DNA of 50,577 nt, taken from contig CANDBZ010000002.1 in assembly GCA_947383095.1 (NCBI GenBank), positions 1 to 50,577 on the forward strand, given 5' to 3'. The position numbers and the translations under genes are program-made. This stretch comes from an uncultured Clostridia bacterium (lineage in GTDB: Bacteria; Bacillota; Clostridia; Christensenellales; CAG-917). Below the pieces are notes generated by a model. The model searched no databases. It worked only from the letters and a program-made list of their open reading frames with translations, and was not told where the DNA came from. Below, one piece after another: positions 28,965-36,842 of the stretch (positions are counted from its first letter, which is position 1; every line of letters begins with the position of its first letter).

Positions 28965-29261
28965 AAACACCTCGACAAATTATAACTTTTACGAGTCAAA
29001 GCTTCTTTCGTTTTTCTCTTATAATGAATATAAGATTTATAAATATAATATATCACATATTATGATTTGTCAATTTGCCCGCCGTGTATGAATAATTATA
29101 AAATTTTGCCAATAAATATGAATAAGCTTTGACCCTGAAACATGCAAGATAATGCAGATTTGCAAATTCCGTTTCTTTAATTCTCGTTTGATCAATAATT
29201 TATGTATACGGTTCATAATACGCGTATAGCGGAGAGACCGTCCTTATGCGCGAAAATATAT

Positions 29262-29771
29262 TTAATACGAATATTCCAGACCGTAGCACCCGTCGTCGAT
29301 TTCGTTTTGCACATGATCAAAGCCGTTTTCGTCTATGATTTTAAATCCGCATTTTTTATGTGCGCATAATGAGGATATATTTTTCTTGGACACGCAATCG
29401 TAAATCGTAAATTTACCGCTTGTTTTTAACTCGTTTATCATTTCTGTCAACAACCCGGTCGCGTACCCTTTATTTCTTAATTTCGGCATTGTTTCCAGCG
29501 CTTCGAGATAGTAAAACCGCTCTCTGATAAGATAAAGCCGCAATGCGCAAACCCATTTGCCGTTTTCTTCCAGCACATAATATATGTTGCCTCCGTTTAA
29601 AAACTCTTCTTTGATATATCTGCAATATTCGATTTCGACCGCTTTTATGGCTTCGGCTTCGTTTGTTATTTGCGGATAAAATACGGCCGCGTTTTCTCTG
29701 TTGCTTTCTTCATACACGGACATCAGCTTTTCGCAGTCGATCTCGTTCGGATTTGAAATTTTGAATACCAT
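29262..29771 (-). CDS. GNAT family N-acetyltransferase
   Basis: 169 aa with LRNKGYATGLL (an R/Q-x-x-G-x-A/G-like motif). AAGAGG lies upstream. Confidence 0.8.
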   Translation of the reverse strand: MVFKISNPNEIDCEKLMSVYEESNRENAAVFYPQITNEAEAIKAVEIEYCRYIKEEFLNGGNIYYVLEENGKWVCALRLYLIRERFYYLEALETMPKLRNKGYATGLLTEMINELKTSGKFTIYDCVSKKNISSLCAHKKCGFKIIDENGFDHVQNEIDDGCYGLEYSY

Positions 29772-29783
29772 GCTTTACCTCTT

Positions 29784-30359
29784 TCAATAATCAAGCAGCC
29801 GACCGTTATCGTTCCATTCGCCGAACATTATATTTTGTCTGGTGTTATCAATAAGCTTTTTTAGCCGTCTGTTAAATAATTCGGGATCGTTTTTCTTGAT
29901 CTGTATCGTATCCACTCTCACCCGTTGATATAGCGGCGGAAAATTTAAAAAGTTTTTCCACGTTATATCGTCCTCCTGCAACGCGGATAAAATTTCCCCG
30001 TCAACAGTAAAACCGGACGGGGACATGTCCGGCAAAACCGCGCGACCGCTGTCCGTCATCAAGCCCAACTTCTCCAATCTGCGGCACCGTTCTTTGTTCA
30101 ATTCCGACCACTCCGAATTTTTTCTGCGCCGCGCAAGCCTTTGCGCCGTAACTCCATTATCAAGCGTCTTTGTCGTGCTGTCTATCCATCCGAAACACAT
30201 CGCTTCTTCTACGGCGTCTATATACCAAAAAACATCGCCGTTTGTAGGCTTGCCGCGTTTGACGATCACCCAGCACTCCTTCTCCTTATCGTGGTTTTCA
30301 ATAAGCCACCGACGCAGCTCTTCACGGTTTTTGTCTTTCAATAAATTCTTCGGTTGCAT
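29784..30359 (-). CDS. YdeI/OmpD-associated family protein
   Basis: The N-terminal region ELRRWLIENHDKEKECWVIVKRGKP ... WYIDAVEEAMCFGWIDS is typical of the YdeI/OmdA family. Confidence 0.75.
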   Translation of the reverse strand: MQPKNLLKDKNREELRRWLIENHDKEKECWVIVKRGKPTNGDVFWYIDAVEEAMCFGWIDSTTKTLDNGVTAQRLARRRKNSEWSELNKERCRRLEKLGLMTDSGRAVLPDMSPSGFTVDGEILSALQEDDITWKNFLNFPPLYQRVRVDTIQIKKNDPELFNRRLKKLIDNTRQNIMFGEWNDNGRLLDY

Positions 30360-30365
30360 GTTTTT

Positions 30366-30393
30366 ATTATACAGTTTTTATATTGTAAAGCAA
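30366..30393 (-). promoter_or_regulatory. candidate promoter ending 6 nt before the ydeI-like ATG (possible leaderless transcript)
   Basis: The minus strand reads TTGCTT, a 16-nt spacer, TATAAT, then aaaaac-ATG. There is no SD. Confidence 0.35.
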
Positions 30394-30812
30394 AATAAAA
30401 TATCGCATAAACAACGATTAGTTTTATAAGTTTCTAATTGTATATTTGTTTTAGTTAACGCCGCCAACCGCCCCTGTTTTAAGACGTTGTTTCGCAAAAT
30501 AACGAGACAATGTTGACAAGCAAGTTGCATTTTCAAAAGAAAAGCACAATGCACTGCATTTTTCATTATCAATAGTTTAAAATGACAAGCATAAAAGCAG
30601 GGAGCTATGAGAAAAACCGCGTGGCATAGTCCGCTTTTTATAGAAAAAATACCTCGCGTAAAAGCCGATGTCTAAAAGCGCGGAACGCGCCAACCAAACA
30701 AAAGATTATGCGAAACGAATTTCGAGGCGTGCATCTTTGATTGTTATGCTAGCTATAATCTTTTGCGCGGAGTGACGAGAAAACGCGCTTGCATAGGTCA
30801 CGCTTTTTTAAA

Positions 30813-30838
30813 TGAAAAAGCGCACCCGGCGATGCGCG
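30813..30838 (-). terminator. intrinsic terminator after the tRNA-like element
   Basis: The minus strand reads gcgca-tcgccggg-tgcgc followed by ttttt. Confidence 0.55.
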
Positions 30839-30845
30839 TTTTCGA

Positions 30846-30990
30846 GTAGCGCCTGTTGAGGGACTTGAACCCCCGTGTAATAGCAGCGTTGCGTGAGCTT
30901 GCTCACTCTTGCAACCTGCGCCCACTTCGGTAGAAGTGTCGGCAGGCATAGCCTGCGCCGCATTGCGGCTTGGGGTACAGTCCCTCTCGT
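30846..30990 (-). ncRNA. tRNA-like structured element. Its 3' end is an exact copy of the tRNA-Asn T-arm plus 3' acceptor strand, and its 5' two-thirds are unrelated GC-rich hairpins.
   Basis: 30849-30875 is identical to 31024-31050 (27 nt). Nested hairpins are visible (GCCGC-AAU-GCGGC, GCAGGC-UAU-GCCUGC, CACUUC-UACC-GAAGUG, GUUGC..GUGAGC-AA-GCUCAC..GCAAC). Terminator-like hairpins bracket it on both sides. Confidence 0.45.
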
Positions 30991-30992
30991 AC

Positions 30993-31018
30993 AAAAAAAA
31001 GCACACCTTCGTGTGCTT
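30993..31018 (-). terminator. hairpin plus U-run between tRNA-Asn and the tRNA-like element
   Basis: The minus strand reads gcacac-gaag-gtgtgc followed by tttttttt. Confidence 0.6.
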
Positions 31019-31021
31019 CTC

Positions 31022-31097
31022 TGGCGCCTGTTGAGGGACTTGAACCCCCGACACTTCGGTTAACAGCCGAATGCTCTACCGACTGAGCTAAACAGGC
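31022..31097 (-). tRNA. tRNA-Asn (anticodon GTT), CCA encoded
   Basis: The hand-folded cloverleaf has acceptor GCCUGUU/AACAGGC, D arm GCUC-AGUCGGUA-GAGC, anticodon loop CUGUUAA and T arm GGGGG-UUCAAGU-CCCUC. Length is 76 nt. Confidence 0.92.
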
Positions 31098-31185
31098 ACT
31101 CATTTATAATGCTTGATTATAATAATATTTTATGCGGATTTTGTCAAGAAGTTTTTGCTGATTGCTCTTTTCTTTTTGCTTTGTA

Positions 31186-31740
31186 TTATCGCCCGCTTCT
31201 CATCACCTTGCATCTCGCAAATTTTGAGACGCACAGCTTGTCGATATCCGTTTGACATGTCAAACGCTCACTCAAAAGCTCTCCCGCCTCTTTATCAAGA
31301 TTTGCTATACCGAAAACGACAAGACACTTCAGGTCCTCGTCTGTACTGCCGAAAAAACATGCGCATGCTCTGTCTTTCGCCTTCTTCGATAGTTTTTGTA
31401 TCCTGCGGCAGCGAAGCTCGTCGCATATAAGATGGGACATAATCTTATCGTCTATCCTGTAATAAATACAGTTTTTATTTTCGTTCTTATATTGCGCTAT
31501 AAGCCCGTCAAGCGACTGCCCGTCCGACAGCTCGATTTCATTTTCCTCATCAAAGCAATCGTCTTGCGCAATGCTCAATATGCACTCCAAAAACATTCTG
31601 TCGCCTTCGCTTTGAAGCTGATATTTGTAAATCACGTAAGTCCCGTCCGGAGAGGCGTTACAACCTATCTCCGCAAACGCGTCGGCCAATATAAGTTTAA
31701 TGTGCTGTTCGTTTAGCAACATACAATAAAGATTTTTCAT
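31186..31740 (-). CDS. hypothetical 184-aa Cys-rich cytoplasmic protein (last gene of the 4-gene cassette)
   Basis: AGAGGGA SD, 13 Cys, no signal peptide or TM, no recognisable motif. Confidence 0.7.
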   Translation of the reverse strand: MKNLYCMLLNEQHIKLILADAFAEIGCNASPDGTYVIYKYQLQSEGDRMFLECILSIAQDDCFDEENEIELSDGQSLDGLIAQYKNENKNCIYYRIDDKIMSHLICDELRCRRIQKLSKKAKDRACACFFGSTDEDLKCLVVFGIANLDKEAGELLSERLTCQTDIDKLCVSKFARCKVMRSGR

Positions 31741-31782
31741 TTTTCCCTCTTTTTCTCACTTCTAATCGGGCGATTTTTCCGT

Positions 31783-32658
31783 CTATTTATTTTCTCTTCC
31801 AAACGCCTCGATATATGCTTTTTCAAGTTGTCTTTTATCTGCTGGAATGTTCTTCCCAAAAGGGCTTTGAACGCAAGCTTTAAGCAAATCGTCGATATTT
31901 GCCTTTATGTCTTCAACGACCCATTTCGCCTCTCCGCCGAGATATAACGGACCCGTCGTCACAAAATATTTAAACCGCAACTCAACGTCTCTCGACCCGT
32001 CCGTACGCGTTATCCCGCAAAGATTGAAATACTTATTGTCTAATTTATGCGCGACTTTCAAAAACAGGACATCGTCCGTCCGCATATCTATAGCAAACAT
32101 GTAGCCGTTGTCGTACGCCAACAAAAAATACTCGTTCAATCTGTCGACGGCAATGCCTGTGAGCGTATCTCCGGATACTTTATATTTGAATATGTTTTTG
32201 ACTACTCTACCGCTCTTTGCGCTTATCAACGACAGTCCGCCCGAGGACGACGACCACTCGCAAAAAATTTTGTCTTGATATACAAACACTTTAGTCAATC
32301 TGTTTATGGGGCTTTTCCACAACACTTCGTTTGTGCATAAATCGACGCACTTCGTTTCATTCCTTAAGTACGACGGCACTATGGCGTATTTGTCGAGCAG
32401 TATGCTTATACCCTTTTTCGCTTCGCAAAGAGCGAGCGCCTCTATATTTGTAAGTTGTATGCTTCCCGCAATCTTGCCGTACGCATCGTAAAAGTCGCAT
32501 TTTGCAAGCTCGTTCATACGCGCGCCGCTTTCTTTGCTGAACATTGGATTGACAAACTCGCACTCGCATCTTAAAAACCGCGATGAATCAAACGACTCGT
32601 ATATCGCTTCAAAATTGCCTATCTCCCTGCTTCTTTCAAAATCCGACTTAAAAATCAT
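31783..32658 (-). CDS. hypothetical 291-aa protein, paralog of the 32675-33550 product
   Basis: Alignable blocks against its neighbour: TNEVLWKSP vs TNKLLWSWP, CEWSSSSGGLSL vs TEWCFTGRGGLTV, VDRLNEYFLLAYDNGYMFAIDMRTD vs INRLNEQFMFIYSEGGVFLLDMHTD, and EKAYIEAFG vs ERAYKKLFG. Confidence 0.75.
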   Translation of the reverse strand: MIFKSDFERSREIGNFEAIYESFDSSRFLRCECEFVNPMFSKESGARMNELAKCDFYDAYGKIAGSIQLTNIEALALCEAKKGISILLDKYAIVPSYLRNETKCVDLCTNEVLWKSPINRLTKVFVYQDKIFCEWSSSSGGLSLISAKSGRVVKNIFKYKVSGDTLTGIAVDRLNEYFLLAYDNGYMFAIDMRTDDVLFLKVAHKLDNKYFNLCGITRTDGSRDVELRFKYFVTTGPLYLGGEAKWVVEDIKANIDDLLKACVQSPFGKNIPADKRQLEKAYIEAFGRENK

Positions 32659-32674
32659 ACGCTTTTTTTAAAAT

Positions 32675-33550
32675 TTACGCCTCCGCGCCGAACAACTTTT
32701 TATATGCTCTTTCCACTCCTACTATAGTTGTTGGAATTCTTATTCCTAAAGGACTTTCTTTAATTTCATCAATTATTTCTTTTATCGGCACGGTTATCTC
32801 TTTTTTCTCCCATCCCAACGGGTCTGTTGAATACACGCGAACATATCCCTTGTTAACAAATGTGAACGTTAAATTCCCGTCGTTGTTTTCAACATTCGTT
32901 AAAACTACAAACTCCGCGTCTTGAGTCATAAATTCGCGGAAAAGTTTTTTAGACATATATAGTTTATCCGTATGCATGTCAAGCAAAAACACACCGCCTT
33001 CCGAATATATAAACATAAATTGCTCATTCAATCTGTTTATATAAGGATGATGCATTTTTGTATTGTAGGTCATTACCTGCCGCAGTATCTCGCCGGTTTC
33101 CAAATCAAATACGGTCAGTCCTCCCCTACCTGTAAAACACCATTCCGTGTAAACGTCTTTACCTCTGACATAAACATAATAAAACTCATTTGCGGGCCAG
33201 GACCACAACAGTTTGTTAGTCTTTATCTCAAAACATGCTGCTGCGCCTTTATATGCGCCGGGAAAAATCAAATGCTTTCCGTTTTCCGCTACAGCAATAG
33301 GTTTTTCCCATGCAAAACAACTCCACGCCTCCGAGTTTGGAAGCATAAGACGACTCACTTCGTTATCGTCGTCATCGTATAATCTACACTCCGCAATTAT
33401 GCCCTTATTTGTGAAATATTTGCAGTCGCATACGCTTTTTCTTATTTTTTCCGACTCATATTTTTCATATGTTGTAATAACGCGCCCCTCTTCCTGCCGC
33501 GGTAAGCCTCCACTTATCAATGATTTATCTATATTTGATTGCGCTTTCAT
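32675..33550 (-). CDS. hypothetical 291-aa protein, paralog of the 31783-32658 product
   Basis: AGGGGAAA SD, identical length and shared blocks with its neighbour. The strand-rich repeat pattern hints at a beta-propeller-like fold, which is inference only. Confidence 0.75.
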   Translation of the reverse strand: MKAQSNIDKSLISGGLPRQEEGRVITTYEKYESEKIRKSVCDCKYFTNKGIIAECRLYDDDDNEVSRLMLPNSEAWSCFAWEKPIAVAENGKHLIFPGAYKGAAACFEIKTNKLLWSWPANEFYYVYVRGKDVYTEWCFTGRGGLTVFDLETGEILRQVMTYNTKMHHPYINRLNEQFMFIYSEGGVFLLDMHTDKLYMSKKLFREFMTQDAEFVVLTNVENNDGNLTFTFVNKGYVRVYSTDPLGWEKKEITVPIKEIIDEIKESPLGIRIPTTIVGVERAYKKLFGAEA

Positions 33551-33561
33551 TTATTTTTCCC

Positions 33562-34311
33562 CTACATTGTCTCGAGGTCTAAAATCTTCTTCTTTTTGCC
33601 GCAATTTGCGCACTCGAGCTTTATTGTTATCCAATCAAATGCGTCTCTCCAATTCTCTTCCGTCACGACGTCCGTGCCGTCGCCGACGTTGTCGCAAAGC
33701 AGCTGCTCCTTGCCTATATTTGAAAACGTCAAAAATATTTTGTATCCCGCATCCTTGCAATGTTCTCTTTTTGTCTTCATATTCCCGTCCGCCGCATATT
33801 GCTTATCCGGTTCGTCAAAATGATTGCACATGCCGTCGTACCCGTGACATCTGCTGTCAAACAGCACAATTTCTTTGCCGCACTTTTTACACTTTGCAAC
33901 AAGATATTCATAAATCGTGGGGCTGTCGTCGTCTTCCATGAAAAAATGTCCTATATAGTTTTTATCCTTTATTGCCTCCTCAAGCGAGCCGTAATCTTTA
34001 CCCAACTCGCCAATAACATACATCCAGCAGTTTTTACCAAGCTCGCCGCCGCCCGTCCAAAGACACATATACTTTATCTCGTTTTCCTCGGTATAATTTT
34101 TAAAAGGTCCTATTCTTTTATCTCTCATCTCCTCGGCTTTTTTCTCTATTTCAGCCATCTTTTCCATAAAAGGATAACTGCGCTTGAAGTATATATATCT
34201 ATACTTAAAAACATCGCTTCCGCAATCGCAAATTATTTCGCACGTTTCTGTTTCACCTTTGACGGATACCGTGCGCGCATTATTTTTTATATATTTTGGA
34301 ATTATCGACAT
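33562..34311 (-). CDS. hypothetical 249-aa protein with paired CxxC motifs (zinc-ribbon-like)
   Basis: AGGTGG SD. Cys motifs are C-x3-C-x-C (CEIICDC), CKKCGKE, CHGYDGMC and CANCGKK. Confidence 0.75.
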   Translation of the reverse strand: MSIIPKYIKNNARTVSVKGETETCEIICDCGSDVFKYRYIYFKRSYPFMEKMAEIEKKAEEMRDKRIGPFKNYTEENEIKYMCLWTGGGELGKNCWMYVIGELGKDYGSLEEAIKDKNYIGHFFMEDDDSPTIYEYLVAKCKKCGKEIVLFDSRCHGYDGMCNHFDEPDKQYAADGNMKTKREHCKDAGYKIFLTFSNIGKEQLLCDNVGDGTDVVTEENWRDAFDWITIKLECANCGKKKKILDLETM

Positions 34312-34458
34312 ATTGCCACCTGCTTTTCATTTGTAGTAATATAGCTGTTATATTTAAATTTTATAGTTATTTTTATAAAAAGTAAATATGCTTTCTTGCT
34401 TTTTTTGCTCAAAGAATTTATATTTAATAAATAAGAAAACATGGTATTTTAAAAAGCT

Positions 34459-35487
34459 ATGGCAGAAGTTTTACTCGATTCGTTTATAGACAGCCTTAAA
34501 ATTCTTGCGGTCGTTGCGGTATGCACTTATATAGTTGCCGCAATAGAGCCGTTTTTGGCAAAGAAAATAAGGCTGCACGGCAAACTCGCTCCGCTTATAG
34601 GGGTGAGCGTTGCCCTTTTGCCTCAATGCGGTTTTTCTGTTGTCGCAGCCGACCTATATCAAAAGCGTCATTTAACTATCGGCACTCTTATAGGCGTTTT
34701 TATAGCGACTTCCGACGAAGCGTTGCCAATCTTCTTGAGCTATCCAGAAAAAGCTCTGCACGTGTTGCCTTTAATCGCTTTAAAATTCGCAATAGGTTTA
34801 GTTCTCGGCTACTCTATAGATTTGATATTGACGAAAAGCAGGCGCGCCGTCGCTCATCATTTGGAGCATTGCGCTGACGATTATCAAATAAAGCTCATGC
34901 ATTGCGACAGCGCGGAGCTTGTCGTAAAAGAACAACTTTCCTCTCCCTGCAACTGCGATGAATGCGCCCATTCCGATTGCCCTCATATAAAGGACGAATT
35001 TTCAAAACCGCAAAAATACGGTATTCTATACGATTATTCGGTTTTGTTTGATAAAAAAAGAGACAAACGCAAAAAAATAGACAGATTTTTTATACGTCCT
35101 TTGCTTCACTCTCTTGAAATATTTATTTACGTCCTTATCGTCAATATAATTTTCGGCATTATTATTTATTATATCGGCGAAGATAAAATAATAGATTTTC
35201 TTCTTTTAAACAAATATATAGCGCCGTTGATATCCGTTCTGATCGGAGCCGTGCCAAACTGCGTTTCTTCAATTGTATTGAGCGAGCTTTATATTATGGG
35301 AGGGCTTGGCTTCGGGGCCGCGCTTGGCGGTCTTTGCATGAACGCGGGACTTGGATTTATGATACTTTTCAAAAACGCAAAGCATTTAAAACGAAATATT
35401 TTGATATTTTTATCAATGCTTTTTATAAGCGTTTGCATTTCTTATATCTTCTCCGCAATATTCTCCTTCGGCAGTTTGAATATATAA
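34459..35487 (+). CDS. polytopic membrane protein, putative metal-ion permease (ArsP_2-like 10-TM family)
   Basis: The 342-aa product has an LPQCGFS motif in TM2. A central cytoplasmic loop is rich in His and Cys (HHLEHCADD...HCD...CNCDECAHSDCPH). The two membrane halves are repeated. Confidence 0.6.
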   Translation: MAEVLLDSFIDSLKILAVVAVCTYIVAAIEPFLAKKIRLHGKLAPLIGVSVALLPQCGFSVVAADLYQKRHLTIGTLIGVFIATSDEALPIFLSYPEKALHVLPLIALKFAIGLVLGYSIDLILTKSRRAVAHHLEHCADDYQIKLMHCDSAELVVKEQLSSPCNCDECAHSDCPHIKDEFSKPQKYGILYDYSVLFDKKRDKRKKIDRFFIRPLLHSLEIFIYVLIVNIIFGIIIYYIGEDKIIDFLLLNKYIAPLISVLIGAVPNCVSSIVLSELYIMGGLGFGAALGGLCMNAGLGFMILFKNAKHLKRNILIFLSMLFISVCISYIFSAIFSFGSLNI

Positions 35488-35499
35488 AGGAAGCGCGTC

Positions 35500-35508
35500 T
35501 GTGGACAA
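35500..35508. promoter_or_regulatory. DnaA box, 8/9 match (TGTGGACAA vs TGTGGATAA)
   Basis: Direct read upstream of dnaN. Confidence 0.5.
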
Positions 35509-35550
35509 CGCAAAACACATGTTTATCTTTTGTTGAAAACAAGCACGGGG

Positions 35551-35559
35551 TTATCCACA
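35551..35559. promoter_or_regulatory. DnaA box, perfect TTATCCACA
   Basis: Direct read 149 nt upstream of the dnaN ATG. I found no other perfect box by eye. Confidence 0.65.
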
Positions 35560-35707
35560 CCGCTTTTTTGATATAAATCTATATATTGATATTTTGTCGA
35601 AGTAGCAGCACTATCGATAGATTTATTGTGTTTTTTTCCACTTGTCAACATGGCTTATTTATGTTATCATTATTAAAAATAAATATAATAAATATCAGGT
35701 GAAGAAA

Positions 35708-36808
35708 ATGAAGGTTTTATGTCAGGGAAAAGAGTTGAGCGACGCTCTCTCGAAAGTTGTAAAGGCATTGCCTCAAAAGAGAAATAATCCTATACTCGAA
35801 GGCGTTAAATTGTCCGCATACGGCGATACACTCACACTCTTCGCAACAGATCTCGAGCTTGCTATAGAAAAGAAAATAAACGCGCAGGTCTTGATAGAAG
35901 GAGAAATCGTAGTTCCGGGCAAGCTGTTTGCCGACTATGCTAAAAAGATAGAAGAAGAACAGGTTGAATTGGACGGGACGACGATAACCAAGCTCGTCAT
36001 AAGATATCTTGAAAGCGAGCTTCAAATGAAAAGCCTGACAAGCGACGAATATCCGCTCTTTCAGGAGATAAACGCGGACAACTCTTTCACGATACTCAAG
36101 AAGGACTTTAAGGAAATCATAAACAAAGTGTTGCTTGCCGTGAGCGTCGACGACAGCAGGCCTGCTTTGAGAGGCGTTTGTCTCAATATAAAAGACGAAG
36201 AGGTCGAAGCCGTTGCAACTGACGGATACCGTCTCGGCTCCGCAAAGGCGTTGATCAAGAAAAACGGTATCGTCGGAAAGCTTGTCGTGCCGTCGAAGAG
36301 TATCACGGAGATAAGCAGACTTATAGACGACAGCGACGAGACGGTTACGGTGTTTGTAGAAAAGCATTATATCATGGTGGATCTTTTCCATACGAAAATC
36401 GTCACGCGTCTCATCAGCGAGGAGTTTTTAAATTACTCGAAGGTCATTCCGACTTCTTTCGAGACGACAGTTACGGTAGATAAGCAGGTTTTTGAAAAAG
36501 CGATCGATCGCGCTTCCCTTATCAACAGAAACGAGCGCAATTCTATCGTAAAGATCGATGTAAAAGAAAAGGAAATACTTCTCAATGCGCGCAGCGAGGA
36601 CGGCGAAATAAACGAGCGTATAACCGCAGGCATAAACGGAAAGGATATCACGATTGGTTTTACGGTCAAATATATTAGCGAATGCTTGCGCGCCATCGAC
36701 GATCCGTTTATAACGCTCAACTTCAACACATCCACTTCTCCATGCATTATAAACAGCGAAAACGGAAATTGGCTTTATCTGATTTTGCCGATCAGGGTCA
36801 TAGGTTAA
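35708..36808 (+). CDS. dnaN: DNA polymerase III beta subunit (sliding clamp)
   Basis: MKVLCQGKELSDALSKVVKALPQKRNNPILEGVKL...TDLELAIE is typical of DnaN. I set the start at the Met with AGGTGAAG upstream. The ORF track opens at 35642. Confidence 0.95.
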   Translation: MKVLCQGKELSDALSKVVKALPQKRNNPILEGVKLSAYGDTLTLFATDLELAIEKKINAQVLIEGEIVVPGKLFADYAKKIEEEQVELDGTTITKLVIRYLESELQMKSLTSDEYPLFQEINADNSFTILKKDFKEIINKVLLAVSVDDSRPALRGVCLNIKDEEVEAVATDGYRLGSAKALIKKNGIVGKLVVPSKSITEISRLIDDSDETVTVFVEKHYIMVDLFHTKIVTRLISEEFLNYSKVIPTSFETTVTVDKQVFEKAIDRASLINRNERNSIVKIDVKEKEILLNARSEDGEINERITAGINGKDITIGFTVKYISECLRAIDDPFITLNFNTSTSPCIINSENGNWLYLILPIRVIG

Positions 36809-36810
36809 AA

Positions 36811-36842
36811 AAAGCCGCTCATCGGGAGCGGCTTTAATTTTT
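36811..36842. terminator. bidirectional terminator between convergent dnaN and dnaA
   Basis: aaagccgctc-atcg-ggagcggcttt flanked by A and T runs. Confidence 0.75.

Noticed and set aside
30512-30545. TTGACA hexamer and nearby hairpins in the 485-bp spacer between the ydeI-like gene and the tRNA-like element
   Set aside because: There is no matching -10 box at 16-18 nt spacing. The small ORF there (22 aa, at about 30607) has no supporting features. The hairpins are short, and I could not recognise a riboswitch or known RNA.
30846-30990. Possibility that the tRNA-like element is tmRNA, tRNA-Sec or a second intact tRNA-Asn
   Set aside because: It is too short for tmRNA and has no GGGG 5' end or tag ORF. 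It has no UCA anticodon or 8-9 bp acceptor stem, as tRNA-Sec would. No D arm or anticodon arm can be drawn, and the only acceptor partner (GCCUGCC) gives 5 of 7 pairs.
30749-31103. 101-aa and 66-aa minus-strand ORFs
   Set aside because: They run straight through tRNA-Asn and the tRNA-like element, so they are translations of structured RNA genes.
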